Virus record (IMG/VR): IMGVR_UViG_3300032053_000040
Span: 13,292 to 77,291 of that record
Origin: a virus
Direction: 5' to 3' (one strand)
Length of the DNA stretch: 64,000 nucleotides
Part shown: positions 39,504-49,224 of the stretch, piece after piece
Layout of the letters: each line of letters opens with the position of its first letter
Position numbering within the stretch: position 1 is the stretch's first letter
Position numbers and translations under genes: made by a program
The notes under the pieces: model-generated
What the model saw: only the letters and a program-made list of their open reading frames with translations
Database searches by the model: none
What the model was told of the DNA's origin: nothing

Positions 39504-40172
39504 ATGTTCGAATCTCCGGAGAGAGTACTCGTCGTCGCAGCGCATCCCGATGATGAAGTTCTTCTTTGTGGTGGATCTATCGCTAAACTCTCAGAGCGTG
39601 GCTCATCTGTAAACATCCTTTTTCTCTCAACTGGCGCGGTCTCTCGCACAGGCGATTTTTCAGAGGTAAACATTCTGCAAAACTACGCAATCGAAGCCAG
39701 CAAGATTCTTGGATCAAGTATCTTATCATTCGACTCTTTTCCCGATAACGAGATGGATTCCCTACCACGTTTGGATATCATAAAAAAGGTAGAATCTTTT
39801 ATAAATCACGTAAGACCGCAAGTCATATTCACTCATTATCCTGGTTGTGCAAACATCGATCACAGACGCACATGCGAAGCAGTTATGATCGCCACCAGGC
39901 CCTGGAAAGAACGGATCAACGTCTTTGGAGGATCGGTCTTGAGCAGCACGGCCGTCCTCTATCCGTCTGAGTGGAGTCCGCAATTCTTCGTTCACCTCTC
40001 GAAAAGCCACGTTAAAAAGAAGCTTAAAGCTCTATCAATGTACATCTCCGAAACCGGGCCTATGCCTCATCCACGATCAAAAGCTGCTGTTTTATCAGAT
40101 GCCATACTGACTGGCTCGAGGTGCTATTCAAAATATGCAGAATCTTTTATGGTCTTAAGGGAGCACTGGTGA
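39504..40172 (+). CDS. PIG-L/LmbE family N-deacetylase
   Basis: VLVVAAHPDDE...FTH...DHR...KKKLKAL...AESF. Confidence 0.92.
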   Translation: MFESPERVLVVAAHPDDEVLLCGGSIAKLSERGSSVNILFLSTGAVSRTGDFSEVNILQNYAIEASKILGSSILSFDSFPDNEMDSLPRLDIIKKVESFINHVRPQVIFTHYPGCANIDHRRTCEAVMIATRPWKERINVFGGSVLSSTAVLYPSEWSPQFFVHLSKSHVKKKLKALSMYISETGPMPHPRSKAAVLSDAILTGSRCYSKYAESFMVLREHW

Positions 40173-41140
40173 TGGATCTCGACGGAGCAAACGTACTGAT
40201 AACTGGTGGAACAGGGACATTCGGTCGAGAAGCCTTAAAACTCCTCCCCCAGTTCAGGCCTCGCCGGCTAATCGTTTTGAGTCGGGACGAGTATAAGCAG
40301 CATTATCTTCAGAAAGAGTTTCCAGAAAACGATAGCTCCATATATCGCTATATTCTTGCAGACGTCCGGGATAAAGATAAACTCTCAGTTGTGACTCGTA
40401 ACGTTGACGTCATCTTTCATGCAGCGGCACTTAAGCAAGTTCCCTTCTGCGAGACGAACCCCGACGAAGCCATCCAAACCAACGTATTAGGTACGAAAAA
40501 CGTTTGCGAAGCCTCCATGAAGAACGACGTTGACTCTTTGATATTCGTCTCCTCGGACAAAGCAGTAGAGCCAGTAAACCTCTACGGAGCTACCAAGATG
40601 GTAGGGGAGCGGCTAGTGAACCAGTACAACTTCAAGTCCGACCACACGAAATTCTTCACAGTCCGTTACGGGAACGTTTTCAACAGCCGGGGCTCAGTAG
40701 TGGAACTTTTTCACCAGCAAAAAAGCGAAGGGGTTTTGACGTTAACTCATCCAGACATGACGAGGTTCTTTTTCCTCATCCAAGATGCCATCTTGTTTGC
40801 GGCTGGCGTAGGCGGTGCAGGAGGAGAAATTTTCGTTCCGGCGATGAAATCCATGCGAATATGTGACCTAGCAAAAGCGATCGCTCCTGAAGCAGAGATC
40901 AAGATCATATTAAGGCGTCATGGCGAAAAGGTTCACGAAAAGCTTATCTCTTCCGACGAAGCGGACAGGACAGTATTCAAAAATAATAAATATATAATTC
41001 TTCCAAATGACAGGAGGTTCAGTTTCTCGAGATATAATAATTCTCCCAAACAAGAAGGTCTTATCTACACGTCCGATCGCTGCTGCATGGATCTCGATGG
41101 AGTCAAAGAATTCTTAAGAAATCACGACAGAAATATATAA
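40172..41140 (+). CDS. pseB: UDP-GlcNAc 4,6-dehydratase (PseB/FlaA1-like)
   Basis: TGGTGTFG, SRDEYKQ, HAAALKQVP, SSDKAVEPVNLYGATK, VRYGNV..SRGSV, MTRF. Confidence 0.9.
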   Translation: MDLDGANVLITGGTGTFGREALKLLPQFRPRRLIVLSRDEYKQHYLQKEFPENDSSIYRYILADVRDKDKLSVVTRNVDVIFHAAALKQVPFCETNPDEAIQTNVLGTKNVCEASMKNDVDSLIFVSSDKAVEPVNLYGATKMVGERLVNQYNFKSDHTKFFTVRYGNVFNSRGSVVELFHQQKSEGVLTLTHPDMTRFFFLIQDAILFAAGVGGAGGEIFVPAMKSMRICDLAKAIAPEAEIKIILRRHGEKVHEKLISSDEADRTVFKNNKYIILPNDRRFSFSRYNNSPKQEGLIYTSDRCCMDLDGVKEFLRNHDRNI

Positions 41141-41193
41141 ATACAAACAATGACATACAAGATACCAACTAAAATTAAAAAAGGTGATGGGCG

Positions 41194-41901
41194 GTGGCTA
41201 AAGAAAAGAGACCTATAAAATATATCGAAGGCTACTCCGAAAGCCTCTGGAAATCGCTAGTCGTCAAATCAATCCGGATGGGGTGGATAAATGGCCTGGT
41301 GGAAGCTGAAAAAAGGCTTCCCAAATCTACTATACAGAGGTTCTTAATCAGCGGTATATTTGAAGATCTATGGCCTCATCCAAGCGAAATATGGGCAGCG
41401 ATAGATATGGCGAACCGTGGGGATTACGCAGGTCTCTTGAGCATAGACCCCCACCATGGAAAAGGTCTCTCTGAAACGTACTGCAATTATCACCCAACGT
41501 CGGACGAGTATTGGTACAACAACCGTGAGTTTATATTCGAGAAGCTGAAAGAAAATCTCCCGGGCCTCTACGTGCCCACAAATTCGTTAGGGAACGCTCT
41601 TAACTGGATGGTCCATAAACATCTCATCCCCCAAAAATCGCGAACGCTGGACGAAACCCCATTTAGAGGCATCCCTCCAGCATTCGCCGATCAGCACACG
41701 CCAGAGGGATGGGAAAGAAAAACCCCCTTTACTCTCCTCTGCGGCCATCCCAAAAGCCATCGCATGCTGGGCTCGCAAGTGCAAAAGATTGGATGGGATG
41801 GCATCAGGCGTCAGGTTCATTCGGAAGGGATCCTGCCTAAAAAAGAAACACTCCCCCCAACAACAAGGCAAGGCCAGCAGACTCTCATGGTGTTTTTCTA
41901 A
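41194..41901 (+). CDS. Stand-alone MgsA/RarA C-terminal-like domain protein
   Basis: SLVVKSIRMG...IFEDL...IPPAFADQHTPEG resembles SALxKSIRxG/EDIG/DxHTxxG; no Walker motifs. Confidence 0.5.
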   Translation: MAKEKRPIKYIEGYSESLWKSLVVKSIRMGWINGLVEAEKRLPKSTIQRFLISGIFEDLWPHPSEIWAAIDMANRGDYAGLLSIDPHHGKGLSETYCNYHPTSDEYWYNNREFIFEKLKENLPGLYVPTNSLGNALNWMVHKHLIPQKSRTLDETPFRGIPPAFADQHTPEGWERKTPFTLLCGHPKSHRMLGSQVQKIGWDGIRRQVHSEGILPKKETLPPTTRQGQQTLMVFF

Positions 41902-41902
41902 A

Positions 41903-43078
41903 ATGCTCAACGAAGAACCAAAAGAAGTGCTCTGGCTCGTGGCCGGAAACGAAGAAAATGAAGGTATGATACCGATCATGGAGAAATACAGAAGCCTCTC
42001 AAATCTCCTCAACACCAGGCACGTTCTTGTTACTAATTCGAAAAACTATAATATTTTTCAGGGGTCAACTTATTTTTTCGATCCGGGAACTAAGCAACTC
42101 AGCCTTCCAGAGAAATATAAATTTCTAGTTAATATGGCAGATATGCACGGCCTATTCGATTCGGCTGATATGATGGTTATAGGTGGGTTCTATCCAGTAG
42201 TGCTTATTATGGCGTATGCTATTGATTGTAAGATGACCTCGAAAACAAGAAAGTTCTGCACCAAACCGATAATAGTAATGAACCCCAAAATCCCCGAAGG
42301 AGAACTATCCGACATTAATCCGATCTACCTCGATCCTTTCTGGTGGATGTTAGGGCATTACGATAACATTACTCTTGCAGTCGGCCAGCTCAAAAACGAG
42401 ATGTATCTTGCTAAAAAGTATCTCCTCAAGTTCTATCCTCGTGCTAAAGTGAAGCAAACGCTGCTGCCCTTCGTAGAATATACCTACGATGATAGTCCCT
42501 GGTCTGAAAAGGAAGACAAAGTAATCTGGACAGGAAGGTACAATTCTCTTAAACAACCGGATCTGGCACTGAAGACGCTTGTGCTCTTGGAATCAGTTGG
42601 AATCAAGACCGAGATGTACGTCCCTACTGCAAAAGCATCAAATACCGGCAAGGTACGAAAGGCACAGAAACTTCTTTCCGAAGTCAATATCAACTTAGAT
42701 AGAGAGAGCTTCTGGCAAAAAGCTGGTTCTGCAAAGGTCATCCTTATCACCCCCTTGATAGAGGGGTTTGGAACAGGCATGATGGAAATAATCAGTCGGG
42801 GAGTTATACCTGTTATATGGGGCGCAAAATGGAACAGAGATTACATCTCCCCGGACGAGGATTGGCCTCTGGTATTCAAGTTGCCTGGAGAGGGTGCTGA
42901 GATGTGTAAACTTGCCCTCAAAGATTACGATTACTATGCACGCCTTCTGAGAGATAACTTAAAGAAGCGTTACTCAAGGGGGTACGATTGGGAGTTCTTA
43001 TTAAAAGGCGTTTGGAAGTCGCATATCAACGGCAGGCATAGCGAAGAGTTCTCATTAGAGTATAAAATTTATGACTAA
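41903..43078 (+). CDS. GT-B glycosyltransferase (GT4-like), divergent
   Basis: WTGRYNSLKQP and E-x7-E motif EGFGTGMME..SRGVIPV. Confidence 0.8.
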   Translation: MLNEEPKEVLWLVAGNEENEGMIPIMEKYRSLSNLLNTRHVLVTNSKNYNIFQGSTYFFDPGTKQLSLPEKYKFLVNMADMHGLFDSADMMVIGGFYPVVLIMAYAIDCKMTSKTRKFCTKPIIVMNPKIPEGELSDINPIYLDPFWWMLGHYDNITLAVGQLKNEMYLAKKYLLKFYPRAKVKQTLLPFVEYTYDDSPWSEKEDKVIWTGRYNSLKQPDLALKTLVLLESVGIKTEMYVPTAKASNTGKVRKAQKLLSEVNINLDRESFWQKAGSAKVILITPLIEGFGTGMMEIISRGVIPVIWGAKWNRDYISPDEDWPLVFKLPGEGAEMCKLALKDYDYYARLLRDNLKKRYSRGYDWEFLLKGVWKSHINGRHSEEFSLEYKIYD

Positions 43079-43760
43079 AAATAATAAAGCAGCCCAAGAT
43101 ACGTATCTCTCGCTGGAAGAGATAGATCTGGATCTTGTAGACGACAACGAATTGTCTGTAAACGAAGAGGATGATCACACGTTCCAGCGTTTGAGAGACG
43201 AAATCAAATCGCGTGGAATGGTAGACGTCCCGACCGTTCGGCCTATCGAGGGGGGTAGATATAAGGTTCTCGGCGGGCGTCATAGACTAGCGGCTTCAAG
43301 GGCAAATGGTAACAAAAAAGAACACGTAGTTGTCTACCGTAGAGCCATAAAATCCAAGGAAGACGAATTCAACCTCGTCAACAACCTGAACGCCATCAAA
43401 GGCACTCTCCGCAAAGGGAGCATCCTGAAAGTTATCAAGCAGCAGAACCTCGATCCCACGAAGCTCGATATACATAAAATGCCTTATGATCTTCTGATGC
43501 CTGTGATAACTAGCGAGGATTTCGAATCCATCCAGAATGAAGCCCAACGTAACGCAAAGATCAACGCCATGTCCCTCTCGATAGCGAAAGAGATTGCAGC
43601 TACGCTTATAGACGAGAGGGACGAGCTCCTCTCTTTCATGGTCGTCAAGGACAAGCCGGTCGCAGTGATCCGCATCCCCTTCCAGAGTTCGAAAGAGGCT
43701 CGGGAGAAGGCGAACTCTTTGAAAAACATAATCCAGAAAGCCCTGGAGGGCATAATTTGA
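43071..43760 (+). CDS. ParB/Srx-like N-terminal domain protein
   Basis: LRDEIKSRGMVDVPTVR...YKVLGGRHRLAA...NLNAIKG. Confidence 0.85.
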   Translation: MTKNNKAAQDTYLSLEEIDLDLVDDNELSVNEEDDHTFQRLRDEIKSRGMVDVPTVRPIEGGRYKVLGGRHRLAASRANGNKKEHVVVYRRAIKSKEDEFNLVNNLNAIKGTLRKGSILKVIKQQNLDPTKLDIHKMPYDLLMPVITSEDFESIQNEAQRNAKINAMSLSIAKEIAATLIDERDELLSFMVVKDKPVAVIRIPFQSSKEAREKANSLKNIIQKALEGII

Positions 43761-44467
43761 AAGTGTTCATGAACCAGCCCAACTATCTGCCTTGGTATGG
43801 CTTCATGGGCATGATGTCTCAAGCTGACGTCTTTCTTGTGATGGATGAGATCCAGTACGAAAAAGAGGAATGGCAGAATCGCAACAGGATCACAAGCAGC
43901 AACCCCAAAAGGTGGGAATGGATTACCGTTCCTGTCAGCGCCTCATCGAAATCCAAGATCTCAGAAGTGTCTTCGGTTGGAGCGTGGCGCAAGCAGCACA
44001 TAAGTCAAATCCACCACGCCTATAGCAGAGCAGCCTATTATGAGTGCGTCTCAGGGGATATCTATTCTGCTATATGGGGATCTACAAACTCTTTGCTAGA
44101 TATCGATATGAGGTCAACGAAAACTCTAATGGAGGTCTTGGATTTCAAACCGGATATCAAGTACATGTCCGATCTAGGATGCACCTCCAAAAACCAGCAG
44201 CTTGTCCAGGATCTAGCCGGTTCGGTAGGCGCTGATCAGATTATCGTCCCGAAGAACGCATTGAAATATTGGGATCTCTCTAAGAAGACTAGCCAAGATC
44301 TGTTGATCCACGAATTCCCAGATATCTCTTACAAGCATTTAAATATCTTCGTGCCAAGATTATCAGTAATAGACATGCTATTCAATCTAGGCCCGAAGAC
44401 CAGCAGGAATCTCATCATGGACTACGAGAAGTATGCCATAACAGAGGTAATTCATGGAACCGGCTGA
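43757..44467 (+). CDS. WbqC-like protein
   Basis: QPNYLPWYG, WQNRNRI, WITVPV, LSVIDMLFNLGP. Confidence 0.92.
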   Translation: MKVFMNQPNYLPWYGFMGMMSQADVFLVMDEIQYEKEEWQNRNRITSSNPKRWEWITVPVSASSKSKISEVSSVGAWRKQHISQIHHAYSRAAYYECVSGDIYSAIWGSTNSLLDIDMRSTKTLMEVLDFKPDIKYMSDLGCTSKNQQLVQDLAGSVGADQIIVPKNALKYWDLSKKTSQDLLIHEFPDISYKHLNIFVPRLSVIDMLFNLGPKTSRNLIMDYEKYAITEVIHGTG

Positions 44468-45083
44468 ATATAGTCAGGCTCTCAGGGAATTTAGTGATGA
44501 TCCCAGGGCGGTAGGGTACAACGGTCCTCAGTCCCAGGATCTCATGTTCTCAAGGTTCCTTCAGCTTTTCAAGTTTGAACGAGATCAAATCCGTGTTCAT
44601 GAAGTGGGATGCGGATTATGCCATTTCAAGGAATACCTGAAAAACAGGCGAAGAGTTCTCTACTCTGGCAATGATACTCTCAGGGATATGGTCGTCTTCT
44701 CCAGACAGAAGCACCCGGAAACTGCTATTTATCACGGCCGCTTACGGGACAATCTCCAATTTCTTTATACGGATTACGTGGTTGCCATCACGACCTTCAA
44801 CGAATCACCAAAAGAGGAGTTGCTGGATGAGCTGCAAGTTATGTACGCGGCCGCTAAAAAGGGGATTGCCTTTGATTGCTTCTCAAGTTACGTCGATTTC
44901 ATAGATAAGAAGATTACTTATATAGACCCTGCGGAGATGCTATCTTTTTGTCTCCAAACCCTCTCCAGGCATGTTTTTTTAGATCACAGCCTCCCCAACT
45001 ACAGATATGTGGTCTTTGTCTACAAACCTGCTTTTATTGATTCGATATATCCTAATAAATCACAATATTTTGCAAAAAAATAA
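44454..45083 (+). CDS. Class I SAM-dependent methyltransferase
   Basis: VHEVGCGLCHF...DYVVA..TFN...KGIAF..FSSYVDF. Confidence 0.85.
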   Translation: MEPAEYSQALREFSDDPRAVGYNGPQSQDLMFSRFLQLFKFERDQIRVHEVGCGLCHFKEYLKNRRRVLYSGNDTLRDMVVFSRQKHPETAIYHGRLRDNLQFLYTDYVVAITTFNESPKEELLDELQVMYAAAKKGIAFDCFSSYVDFIDKKITYIDPAEMLSFCLQTLSRHVFLDHSLPNYRYVVFVYKPAFIDSIYPNKSQYFAKK

Positions 45084-45098
45084 CTGAGCGTGTTATGA

Positions 45099-45752
45099 AT
45101 GGAACCAGAAAAAACACCACCGGGACAAGTTGCTAAGAAGTACACTCTGATAGTTAACGGCGAGGAGATGCTTCTACACGATCCGTCGCCAGAGGTTGTG
45201 GAGAGCCTACGTGCCTCGGGACATGAAGTCAGGGAAGAGGTAATCGCTAAGAAGCCGAGGTTCTCCAAGATCACCTCGGAGATAAAGGGGAGGCTTCTGG
45301 AGTTGCTCGCTTTGGGGAATACATTTATGCACTCTTGTAACGTGTTGGACGTCTCTCCGTCTTACATAATCGAGTACAGGGCCAAATATCCTGCTTACGA
45401 TGCCAAAGTCCGAGCAGCGATGAAGACCCAGCAGGCTGCTATGGCAGATGCTCTGTACACTACTGGAGTCGGCGGTAACGTTACTGCCCAGATATTTTTC
45501 CTCGTGAACCGCACCAGGTTCTTAAGGAGCAGCGATCCTGACAAGTGGATGAACACCCAGAACATCGAAGTTAGCGGGCCAGGGGAAGGGCCACTTGAGC
45601 TAATGTTTCTCTCGCCTGAAGAACGGGAACGCCGAATATTAGAGCTTTTGGATAAAAAAGCAAAGGATCTGCCCGGGGCTTCTGTGCGACCCAAGTTCCG
45701 TGAGCTGGCAAAAAACAAAAAGAACACGAAAAATGGGGCTAAAAGAGGCTAA
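45099..45752 (+). CDS. Terminase small subunit
   Basis: HTH plus GNVTAQIFFLVNR...DKW...IEVSG..EGPL; directly upstream of TerL. Confidence 0.85.
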   Translation: MEPEKTPPGQVAKKYTLIVNGEEMLLHDPSPEVVESLRASGHEVREEVIAKKPRFSKITSEIKGRLLELLALGNTFMHSCNVLDVSPSYIIEYRAKYPAYDAKVRAAMKTQQAAMADALYTTGVGGNVTAQIFFLVNRTRFLRSSDPDKWMNTQNIEVSGPGEGPLELMFLSPEERERRILELLDKKAKDLPGASVRPKFRELAKNKKNTKNGAKRG

Positions 45753-45772
45753 AAAGAATCGAAAGATGAAAT

Positions 45773-47329
45773 TTGGTTGCGAGTTTGAAACAACCGACCG
45801 CGAGTAAAACTTCCATGGCCGCTTCAACGTGTAAACAATCCTCTCTGAATAATCCATACACGTTGAGTTTACTCCAGGAAGACGAGAAGTACCAATCCGA
45901 AGAGCACCTTCTAAATTTCACGACTGTTGCCTGGCCCATAATAAACCCGGCCACAACGTTTCTCCCCAACTGGCATATCGAATTGATCTGCGAATATCTG
46001 ATGGCCGTGACTCTCGGCGAGATCAAACGCCTAATAATAAACATCCCGCCAAGGTACGCGAAAAGTACCCTCGTAAGCCAGATGTGGCCGTGCTGGGAGT
46101 GGCTCCATATCCCATCCCAAAGGTGGGTGTTCGCAAGCTATGCCTCCGACCTGTCGGTCCTGCAAAGCATAAAGCGCAAAGACATCATCCTCTCTGATTG
46201 GTACAGGATGAACTGGTCTGAAATAGTAAAGCTCCGGGAAGATCATAATAGGAAGGCCGATTTCGTCAGTACAAAGAAAGGAGCTATGTACTCGACCTCA
46301 ATCGGCGGCCAGGTAACGGGTATGGGTGGCAACCGGCTGGTTATCGACGACCCCACGAGCCCTCAAGAGGCCGAGTCAGAAGCAATGAGGGAGATGGCGA
46401 ACACCTGGTACTCAAATACGTTCCAATCTCGTCTCGATGACAAACAAACAGGATCTATAGTCCTAATCCAGCAGAGGCTCCACCAGAACGACATGACTGG
46501 ATACCTCACTGGCTTGGACGTCATGGATCTAAACAGTCATGTGCTCGAGGGAGAAGGCTGGACGTTACTAAGGATCCCGCTCATCTCCGAGCAGGACGAG
46601 GACATCTATTCGCCTATCGGCAACAAGAGGCTCATAGTATCCCGCAAAGAAGGCGATCTGCTCTGGCCCGAACGAGAAGGCATGGAGCAGATCAAGGAGT
46701 ACCAAAAGTTTGAGTACATTTTCGCTTCGCAACAGCAGCAACGCCCCTCCCCCAAGAAAGGCGCGATGTTCGAACGAGATTGGGTGCAGCAATACGATCA
46801 CCTCCCCCCCGATATAGAAGCCTATATTATGTCAATAGATGCCACCTTCAAGGGCGGTCCCAAGTCGGCTTTTGTGGCAATCCAGGTTTGGGCTTGGAAG
46901 AGACCGAACATGTACTTCGATTACCAGGTTAGGGAGAAGATGAGTTTCACCAAAAGTCTCGACGAAATAATCAACGTGCTCGCTCTTTATCCTGGTCTCA
47001 CTTCAAAATTGATAGAAGAAGCCGCAAACGGCGATGCCATAATCGACGTGCTATCGGAGAAGATCGGGGGGATTGTGCCTGTTCGCCCCGTCGTTTCAAA
47101 AGAGTCACGGGCTTCATCCGTTACCCCCCTTTTCAGGTCAGGCAACGTCTACGTTAAGAAAGCTCCCTGGACACACGCCTTCATAAACGAACTGCTGAAC
47201 TTCCCAGGCTCAACGTACAAAGACCAGGTAGATGCCATGAGCCAGGCCATATATTACATCCAAGAAGTGTTCGGAGGTCTCGGGAAAGAGAAACGAGCTC
47301 TGTTCGCTTTCGGGAGAGCCATACGATGA
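45773..47329 (+). CDS. Terminase large subunit
   Basis: INIPPRYAKS, LVIDDP, QQRLH..D, SID, IEEAANG, DQVDAMSQA. Confidence 0.96.
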   Translation: MVASLKQPTASKTSMAASTCKQSSLNNPYTLSLLQEDEKYQSEEHLLNFTTVAWPIINPATTFLPNWHIELICEYLMAVTLGEIKRLIINIPPRYAKSTLVSQMWPCWEWLHIPSQRWVFASYASDLSVLQSIKRKDIILSDWYRMNWSEIVKLREDHNRKADFVSTKKGAMYSTSIGGQVTGMGGNRLVIDDPTSPQEAESEAMREMANTWYSNTFQSRLDDKQTGSIVLIQQRLHQNDMTGYLTGLDVMDLNSHVLEGEGWTLLRIPLISEQDEDIYSPIGNKRLIVSRKEGDLLWPEREGMEQIKEYQKFEYIFASQQQQRPSPKKGAMFERDWVQQYDHLPPDIEAYIMSIDATFKGGPKSAFVAIQVWAWKRPNMYFDYQVREKMSFTKSLDEIINVLALYPGLTSKLIEEAANGDAIIDVLSEKIGGIVPVRPVVSKESRASSVTPLFRSGNVYVKKAPWTHAFINELLNFPGSTYKDQVDAMSQAIYYIQEVFGGLGKEKRALFAFGRAIR

Positions 47330-48465
47330 CCCGGGAAACTTTTTTGCCTTATGCACGACAGAAGATTGAGGAAGATGACATCCGGGCCGTGAACGAAGTT
47401 CTAAGATCGGATTTCATAACAACTGGCCCGAAAGTAATAGAATTTGAAGAATTTTTCTCAGATGTAGTCGAAGCGGAATATGCAGTCAGTTTCAGTTCCG
47501 GGACAGCAGCACTCCATGGGGCCATCTACGCTGCAAATATCGCAAAGGACGATGAAGTTGTGACCTCTCCGCTAAGTTTTTGCGCCACCTCAAATTGCGT
47601 TCTCTACCAGGGAGGACGCCCACTCTTTGCAGACGTAAGTTATGATACACTCAATCTTAACCCCAACGAGGTTGCCGATTTAGTCTCTACAAGAACCAAG
47701 GCCATCTTAGCAGTGGATTATGGAGGCCATCCCGCAGATCTGGATAGTTTAGCTCAAATCGCGGAAGATTCCAATCTTCTTCTGATAGAAGACGCATGTC
47801 ATGCCCTCGGAGCCAAATATAAGGGAAAACCAATTGGCGGAATTAGTGACATGACAATTTTCTCTTTTCATCCGGTAAAACATATAACAACTGGAGAAGG
47901 AGGGATGGTTACAACCAACGACTGTGATCTTGCAAGACGTCTGACTCTTTTTAGGAACCACGGAATAGGACTTGATTTTAGGCAACGAAACCTGATAAGA
48001 ACGTGGAAATACGAAATGACCGATCTCGGATATAATTACAGGTTGACTGATATCGCATCTGCGCTTGGCATCTCCCAACTACGCAAACTCCCCGAAAATT
48101 TAAAACGTCGTCGGGAGATAGCAGCCATCTATAATAACGCATTTCAAAAAATACCGGGTCTGGTGTTGCCGAAGGAGCGATCGAACTCGATCTCGTCCTG
48201 GCACCTCTATCCTGTTAGGTTCGATTTCAATATTATAAAATCGTCTCAATCAAGAATCTATTCGGACATGCACGCCGAAAACATAGGCGTTAACGTTCAT
48301 TATATTCCGATTTATGAACATCCATATTATAAAAATCTAGGTTATTATAAAAAATGTTCTGTAGCGGATGCCGCTTATAAATCAATCGTCTCTTTACCGA
48401 TGTTCCACGGAATGACAGATTTTGATGCGGCAGATGTGATAGAGACATTAAAAAATGTGATTTAA
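47326..48465 (+). CDS. pseC: DegT/DnrJ sugar aminotransferase (PseC-like)
   Basis: SSGTAALH, IEDACHALG, FSFHPVKHITTGEGG, GYNYRLTDI. Confidence 0.9.
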   Translation: MTRETFLPYARQKIEEDDIRAVNEVLRSDFITTGPKVIEFEEFFSDVVEAEYAVSFSSGTAALHGAIYAANIAKDDEVVTSPLSFCATSNCVLYQGGRPLFADVSYDTLNLNPNEVADLVSTRTKAILAVDYGGHPADLDSLAQIAEDSNLLLIEDACHALGAKYKGKPIGGISDMTIFSFHPVKHITTGEGGMVTTNDCDLARRLTLFRNHGIGLDFRQRNLIRTWKYEMTDLGYNYRLTDIASALGISQLRKLPENLKRRREIAAIYNNAFQKIPGLVLPKERSNSISSWHLYPVRFDFNIIKSSQSRIYSDMHAENIGVNVHYIPIYEHPYYKNLGYYKKCSVADAAYKSIVSLPMFHGMTDFDAADVIETLKNVI

Positions 48466-48483
48466 ATCAGAGAGGTTAAAAAT

Positions 48484-49164
48484 ATGGTAGCAAGAATAGA
48501 AATAGAAGAGATCAAGCCACCAAGGCACGTATCTGATCTCAGGTGCAGTCCCTGCCCAGTCGGAGAAATAATTCGCCCACACGCGCATCACATCAGCGAG
48601 CCCTGGCGCAGTCCATGCCTATCCAAAGAAACGAGGGACCCACACACGCACACGCACCAAGTCAACACGCTTTGGCAGGTTAGTGACGGCAACTTTTATG
48701 TTGCTCATCCCACGCAACCGATAAAGGATCTCCCCGTAAAGCTCGAGGTAGGCGTTAGGCCATCCGGTCTGACTGAGATCCACACGCAGAAGATTATGTT
48801 TGCGGCAGGGATGTTCCCTCACCCCTATCAAGAGAAGCGAAGGATAGTACGATGGTTCAACGTGGCACGACTAAATGAGCTCCCAAGAGACTACCTAAAC
48901 GGACGCGGGCCCAGGTATTTCGAAGATGATGGCAATGTAACCCTCAATTGGCCCACTCCAAATAGTTTACTATGGCCAATTAAGACAGTGATTCTTCACG
49001 AAGGGATGATCCTGTCAGAAGAAACGTACCAAGAAGTTCTCCATTGGATGCGGTGTGCCGGCGCCAGGCTCGGAGCAATACAGAAGAGGGAGAGGCAAAA
49101 GCAAGACGAAAAGCCCAAGGACATCCCAAAACCGCTCGAACCTACCTACGTGGACATAATTTAA
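48484..49164 (+). CDS. Hypothetical protein
   Basis: 226-aa ORF with SD GAGG. Confidence 0.6.
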   Translation: MVARIEIEEIKPPRHVSDLRCSPCPVGEIIRPHAHHISEPWRSPCLSKETRDPHTHTHQVNTLWQVSDGNFYVAHPTQPIKDLPVKLEVGVRPSGLTEIHTQKIMFAAGMFPHPYQEKRRIVRWFNVARLNELPRDYLNGRGPRYFEDDGNVTLNWPTPNSLLWPIKTVILHEGMILSEETYQEVLHWMRCAGARLGAIQKRERQKQDEKPKDIPKPLEPTYVDII

Positions 49165-49224
49165 GTAGTCCCATCTCACAAAATATGGCATCAGACGCTG
49201 AAAAACAAATCTTAATGAACCGGA

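Noticed and set aside
38680-48465. Complete pseudaminic acid pathway
   Set aside because: PseG, PseH, PseI and PseF equivalents are not present in the window.
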